This document shows positions 26,401-38,340 of a stretch of DNA of 49,039 nt, piece after piece. The stretch's first letter is position 1, and each line of letters opens with the position of its first letter. The position numbers and the translations under genes are program-made. A model generated the notes under the pieces. That model saw nothing but the letters and a program-made list of their open reading frames with translations, did no database searches and was not told where the DNA came from. This DNA is from Macrostomum lignano. Its lineage: Eukaryota. The stretch covers positions 1-49,039 of the forward strand of contig NIVC01003117.1 in the NCBI GenBank assembly GCA_002269645.1, read 5' to 3'.

Positions 26401-29400
26401 AGTCACTTGCGTCGCCCAGAGTAGTTTTAGAGTCACGGACAATAAAACGCTTTGAATTGACGACTTTTTTTGAAATTCAACGACCGTTTTCATCGGGCAT
26501 GTTGTGTTTTTGGCGTCATGAAATGGTTATTTATGATTGATATACTCGCCATCACGCCCCACACCCCAGGTGTACGCTATCGGCAAGGATTACGCCCACG
26601 CGGAGGCTCGAAAATCGCCGGCACTTGACGGCAAAGTCGAACGAGATCCAGAGGGCAAAGAGATGCGTTATCCAATTATACTGTCAGCCAAGGAGAAAAT
26701 TATCGCCAAGAAGGTGGTCGAAGCGTTTAATCAAAACGTTTGCGGCTTCGATCTGCTCAGAGCTAACGGAGTATCGTACGTCTGCGATGTAAACGGATTT
26801 AGTTTTGTAAAAAGCTCGAAAAAGTATTATGACGATTGCGCTTTCATGCTTGGCGTGATGGTTACGTCAGCGATTGCACCGTCACTGTCTTTGTCAATCA
26901 ATTATCCTAAAATGGATAAGCCGCCGTTGATTAGAACAACCTTCGGTACAGTTATGGAATTGCGATGCGTTATCGCTGTTATCAGACACGGCGATAGAAC
27001 GCCTAAACAGAAGGTATGTGCATCGCCCTGCCATAATAAAGAATAGGGGAGGGAGGTGGGTGTTTTGAAGTGGTCGGGCAGAATGGGGTGGTGGTTGTTT
27101 TAAGAGCGTGAGGTCTTCGGGCGGAATGGGGTGGTGGGTGTTTTAAGAGCGTGAGGTCTTCGGGCGGAATGGGGTGGTGGGTGTTGTAAGAGTGTGAGGC
27201 AGCCGGGCGGAATGGGGTGGTTAGTTAAGAGTGTGTGGGGCTGCGCGGAATGGGGTGGTGGGTGTTTTAATAGCGTAAGGCAGCCGGGCGGAATGGGGTG
27301 GTGGGTGTTTTAATAGCGTAAGGCAGCCGGGCGGAATGGGGTGGGTGGTGGGTTTTCAAGAGCGTGAGGGGCTAGGCGGAATAGGGTGGTGGGTGTTTTA
27401 AGAGCGTGAGGCAGCATAGGGAGGAGGTTGATTGTTTTTAGAGTATAAAAGAGCCTAACAAAATGGGAGCATGGACCCTTCAAAGGTGTGAGGTGGCAAT
27501 GTCCACTCCTCTGACCCATGTCAATGCAAACTCACACGGAACTTTGATAAGAAGTTCAGGCGTGTTAGTGATCCGCTACTCTCGATTATCACTCATTAAT
27601 CACTACTGACTCCTGCAGGTGAAAGTGGAGGTGTTCCACAGTCGGTTCTTTAGCCTATTCAACCGGCACCGGGTGACTCCCACTGAGGCCAAATTAAAAA
27701 AACCAACTGTGATGCAGGAACTGCTCGATGTGGTTCGCGAGCTGCTCCAAGTAATTGCCGAGAACCCGCATCATCACGGAATTAAGGAGAACCGGCTGAA
27801 GCTCAAACAGGTCAGACAGGTGCTCGAGATGTACGGCCATTTCAGCGGCATCAACAGGAAGGCTCAATTGAAGTTCACACCGAAGAAGGGTCACGAGTCG
27901 ATGACTGATCCGCCTGAACCGGCCTCTAGGGACACCGGGCACCTGCTGCTTGTGCTCAAATGGGGCGGCGAGCTCACGGATGAGGGACGGTCGCAGGCGG
28001 AGAAGCTGGGCAGAGCGTTCAGGTAGCTACTCTAAAACATGGAGTTTACCTACTGTAGGAGCGTACATCACTGATTGTGCCTAATGTACATCACTGATTG
28101 TGCCTAATGTACATCACTGTACCCCTGTACACCGCCCACTGTGCCTACTGTACATTACCTATTGTGTCCACTGTACATCACTGAGCCTACTGTACATCAA
28201 TCACTGGGTCTGCCGTACATCACTCACTGAGTCTGCTGTACATCACTCATTAAGTCTGCTGTACATCACTCATTAAGTCTGCTGTACATCACTCATTAAG
28301 TCTACTGTACATCACTCATTAAGTCTGCTGTACATCACTCATTAAGTCTGCTGTACATCACTCACTGTGCCACCATACACAGGGTGATCTACCCAGGCGG
28401 TGAGAGTTACTCGCAGAAAGACGGCCTCGGACTGCTCCGGCTTCACTCCACCTACCGGCACGATTTGAAAATCTACGCAAGCGACGAGGGTCGGGTCCAG
28501 ACCACGGCGGCCGCGTTCGCCAAAGGCTTCCTAGATTTGGAGGGCCCCCTGACCCCCATCCTGGTGCAGATGGTGAAGTCAGCTCACACCAATGGCCTGC
28601 TGGATTCGGACAATGACGCTACTCAGTATATGGCCGTGGTTAAAGAGAAGATAAAGGTGCCTTTTCGTTCTTTAAAATTATAATAATGGTTGTCTCGTAC
28701 TCCTAACTGTGTCTTTTGCACCAGTCTTGCAGTACCAACTGTACACCCTCTGTGTACCAGCCAGTCTTGCAGTAGCAACTGTACACCCTCTGTGTACCAG
28801 CCAGTCTTGCAGTAGCAACTGTACACCCTCTGTGTACCAGCCAGTCTTGCAGTAGCAACTGTACACCCTCCATGTGTACCAGCCAGTCTTGCAGTAGCAA
28901 CTGTACACCCTCCATGTGTACCAGCCAGTCTTGCAGTACCAACTGTACACCCTCCATGTGTACCTGCCAGTCTTGCAGTATCAACTGTACACCCTCCATG
29001 TGTACCAGCCAGTCTTGCAGTAGCAACTGTACACCCTCCATATGTACCAGCCAGTCTTGCAGTACCAACTGTACACCCTCCATGTGTACCAGTCAGTCTT
29101 GCAGTAGCAACTGTACACCCCAAATCCATCTCTCGAACTCCGCCAGGCCTCTCTAGAAGTGGACCGCAATTGGACAGAGTCGGACGTGAAGCAGCTGGCT
29201 CCGGACCGCACCGCCTCCCTGCTGCAGGCGATGTACAGCATTGCCAATCCGGCCAGAGTTTGCTGCAAAATGCACGCCTGCATGCAGGCAATCTGCGACA
29301 GGCTGGAGAAACGATCCAAGGACCCTCATTGGGCCAGGTTCCAGCTCTATCATGACGAGACCTGGGACATGGCCTTGCAGCGTTGGCGCAAGCTGGTCAA

Positions 29401-32400
29401 AGACTTCCGATCAGGCAACAACAGCGGGCAGTTCGTGTTCTCCAAAGTGCCAGATATCTACGATAATATCAAATACGATTTGATGCACAACGATCGTGTA
29501 CTGCTGGATCTGGACGAGGCCTGGCGGCTGTACCTGATGGCCAGGAGCATGGCAGACATTGTTGTGCCTAGCGAGTACGGCATCACCAGGGAAGAGAAGC
29601 TGGTTATCGCCCAGCGCATCTGCACGCCGCTATTGAAGAAAATCTTGGCCGACACCCAATATACCAGCATTTTGGACGTTGACGACTGTTGCAGTACTCG
29701 GCTCAACACAGCGTGAGTTTTTCGGGGTTTTCAAGGAGTCTGTTGCTAAAATTTGTCTTGTCTTGAAGTGCAACTGTTGACCCCTTTCTTGACCTTAAAT
29801 GTTGATCACTAAACTCAAATATTGACCTCTGACCCCAAATGTTGACCTCTGACCTTAAACATTGACCTCTGACCTCAAATGTTGACCTCTGACCTCACAT
29901 GTTGACCTCTGACCTCAAATGTTGACCTCTGACCTCAGATGTTTACCTCTGACCTCAAATGTTGACCTCTGACCTCAAATGTTGACCTCTGACCTCAAAT
30001 GTTGACCTCTGACCTCAGATGTTTACCTCTGACCTCAAATGTTGACCTCTGACCTCAAATGTTGACCTCTGACCTCAAATGTTGACCTCTGACCTCAAAT
30101 TTTGACCTCTGGCGTCAAATGCTGACCTCTGACTTCAAACGTTGATCTCTGACCTCAATGTTGACATTTGACCTCAAATGTTGACCTTTGACCTCAAACG
30201 TTGATATCTAACCTTCAAAGTTAAATGTCAGCGTCAGACCAAATGGGATAATTTCAGGCTTGTGTTTTTACTTTCTATGTTCAAGGTTGTATATTGTATT
30301 TGTGATTATTCTATTATCAATATTTTGAGCTCATTTTCCCCGTTAATTTAAATTTACGTTTTTTTGGCTTACAGTAAAATCTAGTATTGAGCAGTTGTTA
30401 GTAGGTTAAAAGTATACAAAATATTGCTTATAAATCAGAAAAAAGTGGAATAAGTATTAAAGCCTTTCCCTTATCATGCCCCTTCTCTACTTTACAGTAT
30501 GTCGCAGGACCTGCTGACCCCTGATGAGTCACACTTCCTCCCGTGAGTTCGCGCATGCAAACAGTTTGCAAAGCGAGCGCTCACCTGCAAGAAAAAGCTC
30601 TGTTTTTGTGTTGATTGGCGGTTGTCGATGTTGCTTGGAAGGTGTCGATGTTGATTGGAAGGTGTCTATGCTACTTGGAAGGTGTCGAGGTTGATTGGAA
30701 GGTGTCGATGTTGATTGGAAGGTGTCGAGGTTGATTTTCAGGTGTCGATGTTGGTTGGAAGGTGTCGATGTTGATTGGAAGGTGTCGGGGTTGATTGGAA
30801 GGTGTCGGGGTTGATTGGAAGGTGTCGATGCTGCTTGGAAGGTGTCGATACTGATTAGAAGGTGCCGATGTTGATTGATAGATGTCGATGTTGATTGACA
30901 GGTTTCGATGTTGATTGACAGGTGTCGATGTTGATTGACAGGTTTCGATGTTGATTGACAGGTGTCGATGTTGATTGACAGGTGTCGATTTTGATTGACA
31001 GGTGTCGATGTTGATTGACAGGTGTCGATGTTGATTGACAGGTTTCGATGTTGATTGACAGGTTTCGATGTTGATTGAAAGGTGTCGATGTTGATTGACA
31101 GGTTTCGATGTTGATTGACAGGTTTCGATATTAATGCAAACAAGAAAAAATACTGCAAGGCTGCAAGCGAGAAAATATGCAGCCAAAAATTGTTTTGTTG
31201 ACCTCTGTTGCTTTGATTGTGAAGCCTCGTGCAACACCTGTCTGCTGTGCGTGTTATAGTTGCTACCCAACGATAATAGCAGTCCAAAGTTGAAGCAATG
31301 TTGAAATGTTGATTTTATCCCTACATCATCCTACTATAAGTAGATAATTTAGCGATATGCACGCATCGCATTTTTCTCTAAACTAGTAATTAAAAAATAG
31401 AAACTCTACTGCTAGATTTGCTCCAAGAATATCGAAACATAATGCAGTGATTATTGAGAGTTTGAATTAACATTGCCAATATAAGGTAGCAATTTGCACT
31501 TTTTAATCGTTGATATTTTATCAATAGTAAGGTTTTGTACTTATACGTTATGTCAGTCCGTTCCCCTGCTTTGCTCTGTTAGTTAATTTTCTTCAACGAT
31601 TTAGATTAGGGTTAGAGTTAGAGTTTAGGTTGTAGGTTAGGGTTTAGGTTGTAGGTTAGAGTTTAGGTTGTAGGTTAGGTTTAGGTTGTAGGTTAGAGTT
31701 TAGGTTGTAGGTTAGGGTTTAGGTTGTAGGTTAGGGTTTAGGTTGTAAGTTATGGTTTAGGTTGTAGGTTAGAGTTGAGGTTGTAGGTTATGTTTAGGTT
31801 GTAGGTTAGAGTTTAGGTTGTAGGTTAGAGTTTAGGTTGTAGGTTAGGGTTTAGGTTGTAGGTTAGGGTTTAGGTTGTAGGTTAGAGTTGAGGTTGTAGG
31901 TTAGGTTTAGGTTGTAGGTTAGAGTTTAGGTTGTAGGTTAGGGTTTAGGCTGTAGGTTGTGCTTAGGTTGTAGGTTAGGGTTTAGGTTGTAGGTTAGAGT
32001 TGAGGTTGTAGGTTAGGTTTAGGTTGTAGGTTAGGGTTTAGGTTGTAGGTTAGGGTTTAGGTTGTAGGTTAGAGTTGAGGTTGTAGGTTAGGTTTAGGTT
32101 GTAGGTTAGAGTTTAGGTTGTAGGTTAGGGTTTAGGCTGTAGGTTGTGCTTAGGTTGTAGGTTAGGGTTTAGGTTGTAGGTTAGAGTTGAGGTTGTAGGT
32201 TAGGTTTAGGTTGTAGGTTAGAGTTTAGGTTGTAGGTTAGAGTTTAGGTTGTAGGTTAGAGTTTAGGTTGTAGGTTAGAGTTTAGATTGTAGGTTAGGGT
32301 TTAGGTTGTAGGTTAGGGTTTAGGTTGTAGGTTAGGGTTTAGGTTGTAGGTTAGAGTTTAGGTTGTAGGTTAGGGTTTAGGTTGTAGGTTAGAGTTGAGG

Positions 32401-35400
32401 TTGTAGGTTAGGTTTAGGTTGTAGGTTAGAGTTTAGGTTGTAGGGTAGGGTTTAGGTTGTAGGTTAGGGTTTAGGTTGTAGGTTAGAGTTGAGGTTGTAG
32501 GTTAGGTTTAGGTTGTAGGTTACGGTTTAGGTTTTAGGTTAGGTTTTAGGTTGTAGGTTAGAGTTTAGGTTGTAGGTTAGAGTTTAGGTTGTAGGTTAGA
32601 GTTTAGGTTGTAGGTTAGAGTTTAGGTTGTAGGTTAGAGTTTAGGTTGTAGGTTAGAGTTTAGGTTGTAGGTTAGAGTTTAGGTTGTAGGTTAGAGTTTA
32701 GGTTGTAGGTTAGAGTTTAGGTTGTAGGTTAGAGTTTAGGTTGTAGGTTAGAGTTTAGGTTGTAGGTTAGAGTTTAGGTTGTAGGTTAGAGTTTAGGTTG
32801 TAGGTTAGGGGTTAGGTGGTTAGGGTTTAGGTTGTAGGTTGGGGTTTAGGATTTAGATCGGGGGTTAGGCTGCATGTTAGGGTTTTGGTATTAGTTTTGC
32901 AGTCAATCGTCGTAGTTTGCGAGGTTAGTGGGTTGACAAGCTGACGAGTAGTTAAATTGAAAATAAAATGCGACATGATAAAAATACTACTGAATTGAAA
33001 GTAGCTTCGTTGCAAATATCTTGACCATTTTTACACATCGAGATATTTTGATGTTTTGTTTACTGTTTTTAAACCTACTTACGCTCGTAAGGAAAATCAC
33101 ATTTCGCCTGTGTACACAGTCTGAAAATGAAATTCAGGGCTTGCTGTACACCCCGTGTGAGCGTGTGCAGGCCTAGTGGTCAGAGCTGGTCAGCTGTCGT
33201 CTGAATTCGCTAGCGAACCGCCCGCTTCCTGCTCCAATTTCCAGCTACTCTCTTGATGTGTCCTCGCCCGAGCGCTTCGTCCGCACCAGGCTGTACTTCA
33301 CGTCGGAGTCACACATTCACTCCCTGCTCACCGTGCTCCGCTTTGGCGGCTTGATCGATCCTGCACGAGATCCGCAGTGGGCACGGGCAATGCAGTACTG
33401 CGACGCTGTGCCGGAGCTCAACTACCTCACTCAGATTGTGTTCATGATCTATGAGAATCCCCAGCAGGAGCTGGGGTCCGAGAATCGATTCCATGTGGAG
33501 TTGCACTTCTCACCTGGATCGGTTAATCCCGAACCGCTGCACCAGCAGCATCAGCCTGAGTCGCCGCCGACTCCGCCAGCTCACCTGGGCGGCAGCGGCA
33601 AATTTGGTGGCGGATTTCGGCCGAAAGCTGGCAACGGAAACTGCGGCGATGGCGACCGGAAACGGCGGAGTAACCAGCAGCAGCAGGGCAGGACTCTGGG
33701 CAACTCGGGTAACTCGCAGGTGAGCGGCACTTATGGCAATGTGAGCAGTGACTAGTGCAGAGAGACTAGTGCAGAGTGACTAGTGCAGATTGACTAGTGC
33801 AGAGTGACTAGTGCAGAGTGACTAGTGCAGAGTGACTAGTGCAGAGAGACTAGTGCAGTGACTAGTGCAGAGTGACTAGTGCAGAGTGACTAGTGCAGAG
33901 TGACTAGTGCAGAGTGACTAGTGCAGAGTGACTAGTGCAGAGTGACTAGTGCAGAGTGACTAGTGCAGAGTGACTAGTGCAGAGAGACTAGTGCAGTGAC
34001 TAGTGCAGAGTGACTAGTGCAGAGTGACTAGTGCAGAGTGACTAGTGCAGAGAGACTAGTGCAGTGACTAGTGCAGAGTGACTAGTGCAGAGTGACTAGT
34101 GCAGAGTGACTAGTGCAGAGTGACTAGTGCAGAGTGACTAGTGCAGAGTGACTAGTGCAGAGAGACTAGTGCAGTGACTAGTGCAGAGTGACTAGTGCAG
34201 AGTGACTAGTGCAGAGTGACTAGTGCAGAGAGACTAGTGCAGTGACTAGTGCAGAGTGACTAGTGCAGAGTGACTAGTGCAGAGTGACTAGTGCAGAGTG
34301 ACTAGTGCAGAGTGACTAGTGCAGAGAGACTAGTGCAGTGACTAGTGCAGAGTGACTAGTGCAGAGTGACTAGTGCAGAGTGACTAGTGCAGAGTGACTA
34401 GTGCAGAGTGACTAGTGCAGAGTGACTAGTGCAGAGTGACTAGTGCAGAGTGACTAGTGAAGAGTGACTAGTGCACAGTGACTAGTGCAGAGTGAATACT
34501 GCAGAGTAACTAGTGCAGAGTGACTAGTGCAGAGTGACTAGTGCAGAGTGACTAGTGAAGAGTGACTAGTGCAGAGTGACTAGTGCAGAGTTACTAGTGC
34601 ACAGTGACTAGTGCACAGTGACTAGTGCAGAGTGAATACTGCAGAGTAACTAGTGCAGAGTGACTAGTGCAGAGTGACTAGTGCAGAGTGACTAGTGAAG
34701 AGTGACTAGTGCAGAGTGACTAGTGCACAGTGACTAGTGCACAGTGACTAGTGCACAGTGACTAGTGCACAGTGACTAGTGCACGGTGACTAGTGCACAG
34801 TGACTAGTGCACAGTGACTAGTGCACAGTGACTAGTGCACAGTGATCAGCTTAACTGAAGCGACGGTCTGCACTGGCAGGGGCCCAGCGAGTCGGACACA
34901 GACCACAGCGTGTGCTCCACGCCTCGCAGCACCACATTCGCCGAGTTTCCATCCGCGGCCACAACACCTTCGAAGTCATCAGCGACCTCGGCGGCGGCTC
35001 CGCAGCAGGTGGGCCGCTTCGAGATGTCGCTTCCAGCTTCCTCGTCATCAGCCGCTTCTTCTGTGGGCGAGCAGAAGCTGGCGTCGAATATGGCTACGTT
35101 GGTTGTAGTCTCGGACGAAGGTGGCGGTCAGGTCAGCGGCGACTCCGTCAGTAATGGCGGCAGCAGCAACCAAGCGAGTCCGCTGAGGCACATCTCCCGG
35201 GACAGGCAACTGTCGGGCAGGAGGCGCGGCCAAGGAGCCAAAGGAGGCGGAAAGTCATCTGGTGAGTTAAGCGTTAGACTGCCATTAGATCTGTTAGACT
35301 TCCATTAGATCTGTTAGACTGTCATTAGATCTGTTAGACTGCCATTAGATCTGTTAGACTGTCATTAGATCTGCTAGACTGTCATTAGATCTGTTAGACT

Positions 35401-36584
35401 GTCATTAGATCTGTTAGACTGCCATTAGATCTGTTAGACTGCCATTAGATCTGTTAGACTGCCATTAGATCTGCTAGACTGCCATTAGATCAATGCTAGT
35501 CTAAACAGAAGTGCAACGCGCCAAAACCGCAGGCGATTCAGACCCGGCCAACCGGCCCAGGCAGAATTCCTGGTCGGAAGCTTCCGCACCGGACCATCGC
35601 AGCGGTCGGGAGACGCCGTCTGAAGGTGCAGACTTTCTGGACGTGACCTCTTTTGCCCCCGGCTCGTACGACACTTATCACGGTTCGCAGGACTTTCGCA
35701 GAGTTTTCGGCTGCGTTAATTTCAAGGGCCTCATGCCGGGTGAGGAACATGTGGGCGCTTGCGGGGATATTGTCAGATTTCTGTGCTGATGAAGCAGTGT
35801 CTTTTTATCGCGTGCTGTGTCTATCTCAGAAAGCGGTGTGTCTTCCTGGGGAAATGGTGTGTCTTCCTGGGGAAGTGGTGTGTCTTCCTGGGGAAATGGT
35901 GTGTCTTCCTGGGGAAGTGGTGTGTCTTCCTTGGGAAGCTGTGTGTCTTCCTGGGGAAATGGTGTGTCCTCGGGAAGTGGTGTGTCTTCCTGAAGAACCG
36001 GAAGCGATGGAATTCAATCAGTTAAAATGTCAAAGAATATATTTCTGATTCCTCTTACAGCGCAGCCGCTCGCCCTGCACCTGTTCTCCACTAACCTGAT
36101 TCGGTCTGGCCTGTCGGACCCCCAGCTGCAGCAGCCAAGCGACCAGGGGTCCCCCTGCTGCCGCGGCGCCTCCCCAGCCGGTGTCCGGTCCAGCTCCGCC
36201 GACCTGCTCACGCCCGACGCGCAGCTGTCTCCGTCGATTCAATCTGAGTCGTCGCCTTTGCCCTCGTCGTCATCAGATCGACGTCGCCAGGATCAATCGT
36301 CGGCAACGTCAATAGAAGGCTGCAACTTGCAGACTCTGTCCTCAGTGGACGCGGAAGAGTCCGAAGAGACTCCAACCGCAGCTGACGCCGACGACGACGA
36401 ACTGGAAGCTGTCGGCCAGTCCCGGCTGGACACGGCGCCCTGCGTACCGGAGATTTTCCCTCTGGAGACGTTGCACAATTCGCTGACATTGCGCCAGCTG
36501 GAGCTGTTCCTGCACCGGTTCACCCGGGTCAAACTGCAGACTCCTTGGAGTAGCCGGCGCCACTCGCTTAAGACGGAGAATTGA
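23498..36584 (+). CDS. PPIP5K: Inositol hexakisphosphate / diphosphoinositol-pentakisphosphate kinase (PPIP5K/VIP1); exons 23498-23645, 24010-24376, 25375-25786, 26570-27013, 27619-28022, 28383-28656, 29147-29712, 30498-30542, 33245-33719, 34880-35261, 35509-35739, 36061-36584
   Basis: ATP-grasp kinase motifs [64 protein letters not shown] and [10 protein letters not shown]. Histidine-phosphatase domain [33 protein letters not shown] and [16 protein letters not shown], plus C-terminal PLETLHNSL. All junctions are GT-AG with consistent phases; total 4272 nt = 1423 aa + stop. Exons 1, 8 and 10 rest mainly on splice signals and phase. Confidence 0.95.
24421..25357. repeat. Intronic minisatellite (PPIP5K intron 2), 28-bp unit cccactacctcactcgcttaccctagaa, about 33 copies
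   Basis: Tandem units filling about 940 of the 998 intron bases. Confidence 0.97.
27055..27425. repeat. Intronic minisatellite (intron 4), about 43-bp unit ggcggaatggggtggtgggtgttttaagagcgtgaggtcttcg, about 8 copies
   Basis: Visible diverged tandem units. Confidence 0.92.
28062..28375. repeat. Intronic minisatellite (intron 5), 23-bp unit ctgtacatcactcattaagtctg with diverged left units
   Basis: Repeated gtacatcact core; homogeneous at 28236-28360. Confidence 0.9.
28719..29120. repeat. Intronic minisatellite (intron 6), 40/42-bp unit ccagtcttgcagtagcaactgtacaccctc(ca)tgtgtaccag, about 10 copies
   Basis: Direct tandem units. Confidence 0.96.
29820..30212. repeat. Intronic minisatellite (intron 7), 20-bp unit tgacctcaaatgttgacctc, about 19 copies
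   Basis: Direct tandem units with degenerate edges. Confidence 0.95.
30618..31128. repeat. Intronic minisatellite (intron 8, proximal), 20-bp unit ggtgtcgatgttgatt(ggaa|gaca), about 25 copies
   Basis: 20-nt periodicity; ggaa-type units on the left, gaca-type units on the right. Confidence 0.96.
31608..32865. repeat. Intronic telomere-like minisatellite (intron 8, distal), 19-bp unit ttag(a/g)gtttaggttgtagg, about 65 copies
   Basis: 19-nt periodicity; the unit is built from TTAGGG-like words. Confidence 0.97.
33748..34843. repeat. Intronic minisatellite (intron 9), 14-bp unit gtgcagagtgacta, about 79 copies
   Basis: Fills about 1095 of the 1160 intron bases. Confidence 0.98.
35272..35490. 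repeat. Intronic minisatellite (intron 10), 20-bp unit gccattagatctgttagact, about 11 copies
   Basis: 20-nt periodicity. Confidence 0.96.
35834..35990. repeat. Intronic minisatellite (intron 11), 21-bp unit ggtgtgtcttcctggggaaat, about 7 copies
   Basis: Direct tandem units. Confidence 0.95.
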
Positions 36585-38169
36585 AGCAGAATGGCGCTGC
36601 ACTGGAAAATCGCTGCAAAATGTATTGGCGAGATGAGTTTTAGTATATTGGACTAGCAATCTCCACCCCCCGCTGGGGAGGCATAAAAATACACTACAGA
36701 GACAGGAACAGCTGTAATTTCTCCGGGACTTTGTTGGCTAGCCGGTTTCTGAAAACTGAATACTTCCTTTTTTGTAGAGAATTTAGAACTTTATTTGGCG
36801 TTAAACTGACTCTAGCACTTCTGATTGGCTATCGTCTCTTCCTCCCCTCTTCCTCCGCCTGTCGATTGTACATCCAGAGTGTACAAGGAGGGGTAGGAAA
36901 ATACGGCCTCGAATTGATTCACCATTTTAACAATGCATTCTGGCTTGGCTTACCTACCTTTTGCTTGCACTTTTAGCTGATTTTATAGCTACAGCTGGTT
37001 TTTTAACTGTTATTAGTATATCAATACTTGAAAACGCTTGTAATTTAGTAGCCTGCAATACATTTGATTTGATTACTGTCAACAATCATCATTAGGATAA
37101 AAGATGGGGAAATTTCTGCTCACTTCTAGTTTCTACTCGTAAACAAATAATCAAGTTTTTCCTCCCTTTGCTGATCAATTTCTTGCGCCTGAGAATCTTC
37201 TTTTTATTTTTTCTAGCACTTTTTTATTCGGGTTATTAAGCAGGCTGCTTTGACAGCTTGAAAAACTGTTTTGGCGACAATAAATACGTGGAAACTGGAT
37301 TAAAAGACACAAGGATGTCAGACTATCCAGTTTGCAATTTAGTTCTGCAAATTAATTTTGATTATTCATATCTTACTTATTGACTTTATATTACTTTTTG
37401 AGTGTTGTGTGTTGTGGTTGCAATTGAAAATGAAAGAGTAAGTGAGCTGTGGACAGCTCCAAGTTATTTATTATACATATTTCGCTTGACCGCCACAAAA
37501 TACCGTTATTAAAAAAAGAAAGTAAAGTACTACGTACAGTAAAAAAACCTACTTTAAATTATATAGAATTTTATTTAATACTCTTCTGACAGCAGAAATA
37601 ACGAGCTATAAGGAAATTACGCTAAGAAAATATTATTTAATTAAAAACTACCGAAGAAGCCAAACAAGTCAAATCGGATCCCAACGGAATCAATCAACGG
37701 AATTTTTATTTATTGGTTCTTAAGAAAGACAGAAAAATCGTGAAATGGCGGTGGAGACAAGAGAGGCCGGGTGCAGGGGCTTTAAGCCGGCTGACGGGCC
37801 ATGCAACACCCACGGCCCCACACCTCAACCCCCGCCAGAGTACAGAGGCATGTACAGCGGCACCCCCTACCGTCGCGTGTAATACGCCTTTACTCAGTGA
37901 GTGTTTGCAATTTATGCCGAATAAATGTACTGTTTAACTAAATCAATATTTCAGTCACTACACAACAGTTAGAACCATGCAGTGGACATCTTTGTCGAAT
38001 TAATTAAACCTTTAAGAACAGGTGACTTCCTTTTTCAAGTGGAACTTACGGAACAAGTGACATATCCTTGTCTTATTTGGACTTTAAGAACAGGTAACAT
38101 CCTTTAATGAGTTTGCTTTATCACACTAGAGAGTGAGAAGGGAAGAGAGAGTTGTATTGTGTCTAAAAT

Positions 38170-38340
38170 ACGGATTATCAGCGCGTAGTTCTCCTTTTTG
38201 AATCTGGAGTTGGCTGTACATGTACACTCGTCGCAGAGTTAAGTGTCTTACTCAAGGACACAAATTGTTCCAGTGGGATTGGGAATCGAACTCCGGACCT
38301 TTCATTCATGAGTCCGACGCTCTAACCACCAGGCTACAAC
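38170..38340 (-). mobile_element. tRNA-derived SINE with CORE/V-like central motif
   Basis: The minus strand reads gtagcctggtggttagagcg (A box) ... gagttcgattccc (B box), then gtgtccttgagtaagacacttaactct, resembling the central domain of CORE/V-type SINEs. Cloverleaf stems are broken. The 3' end is approximate. Confidence 0.75.

Noticed and set aside
38265-38340. tRNA gene (CAT anticodon-like)
   Set aside because: The anticodon and acceptor stems do not pair and the sequence continues into a SINE body; called a SINE instead.
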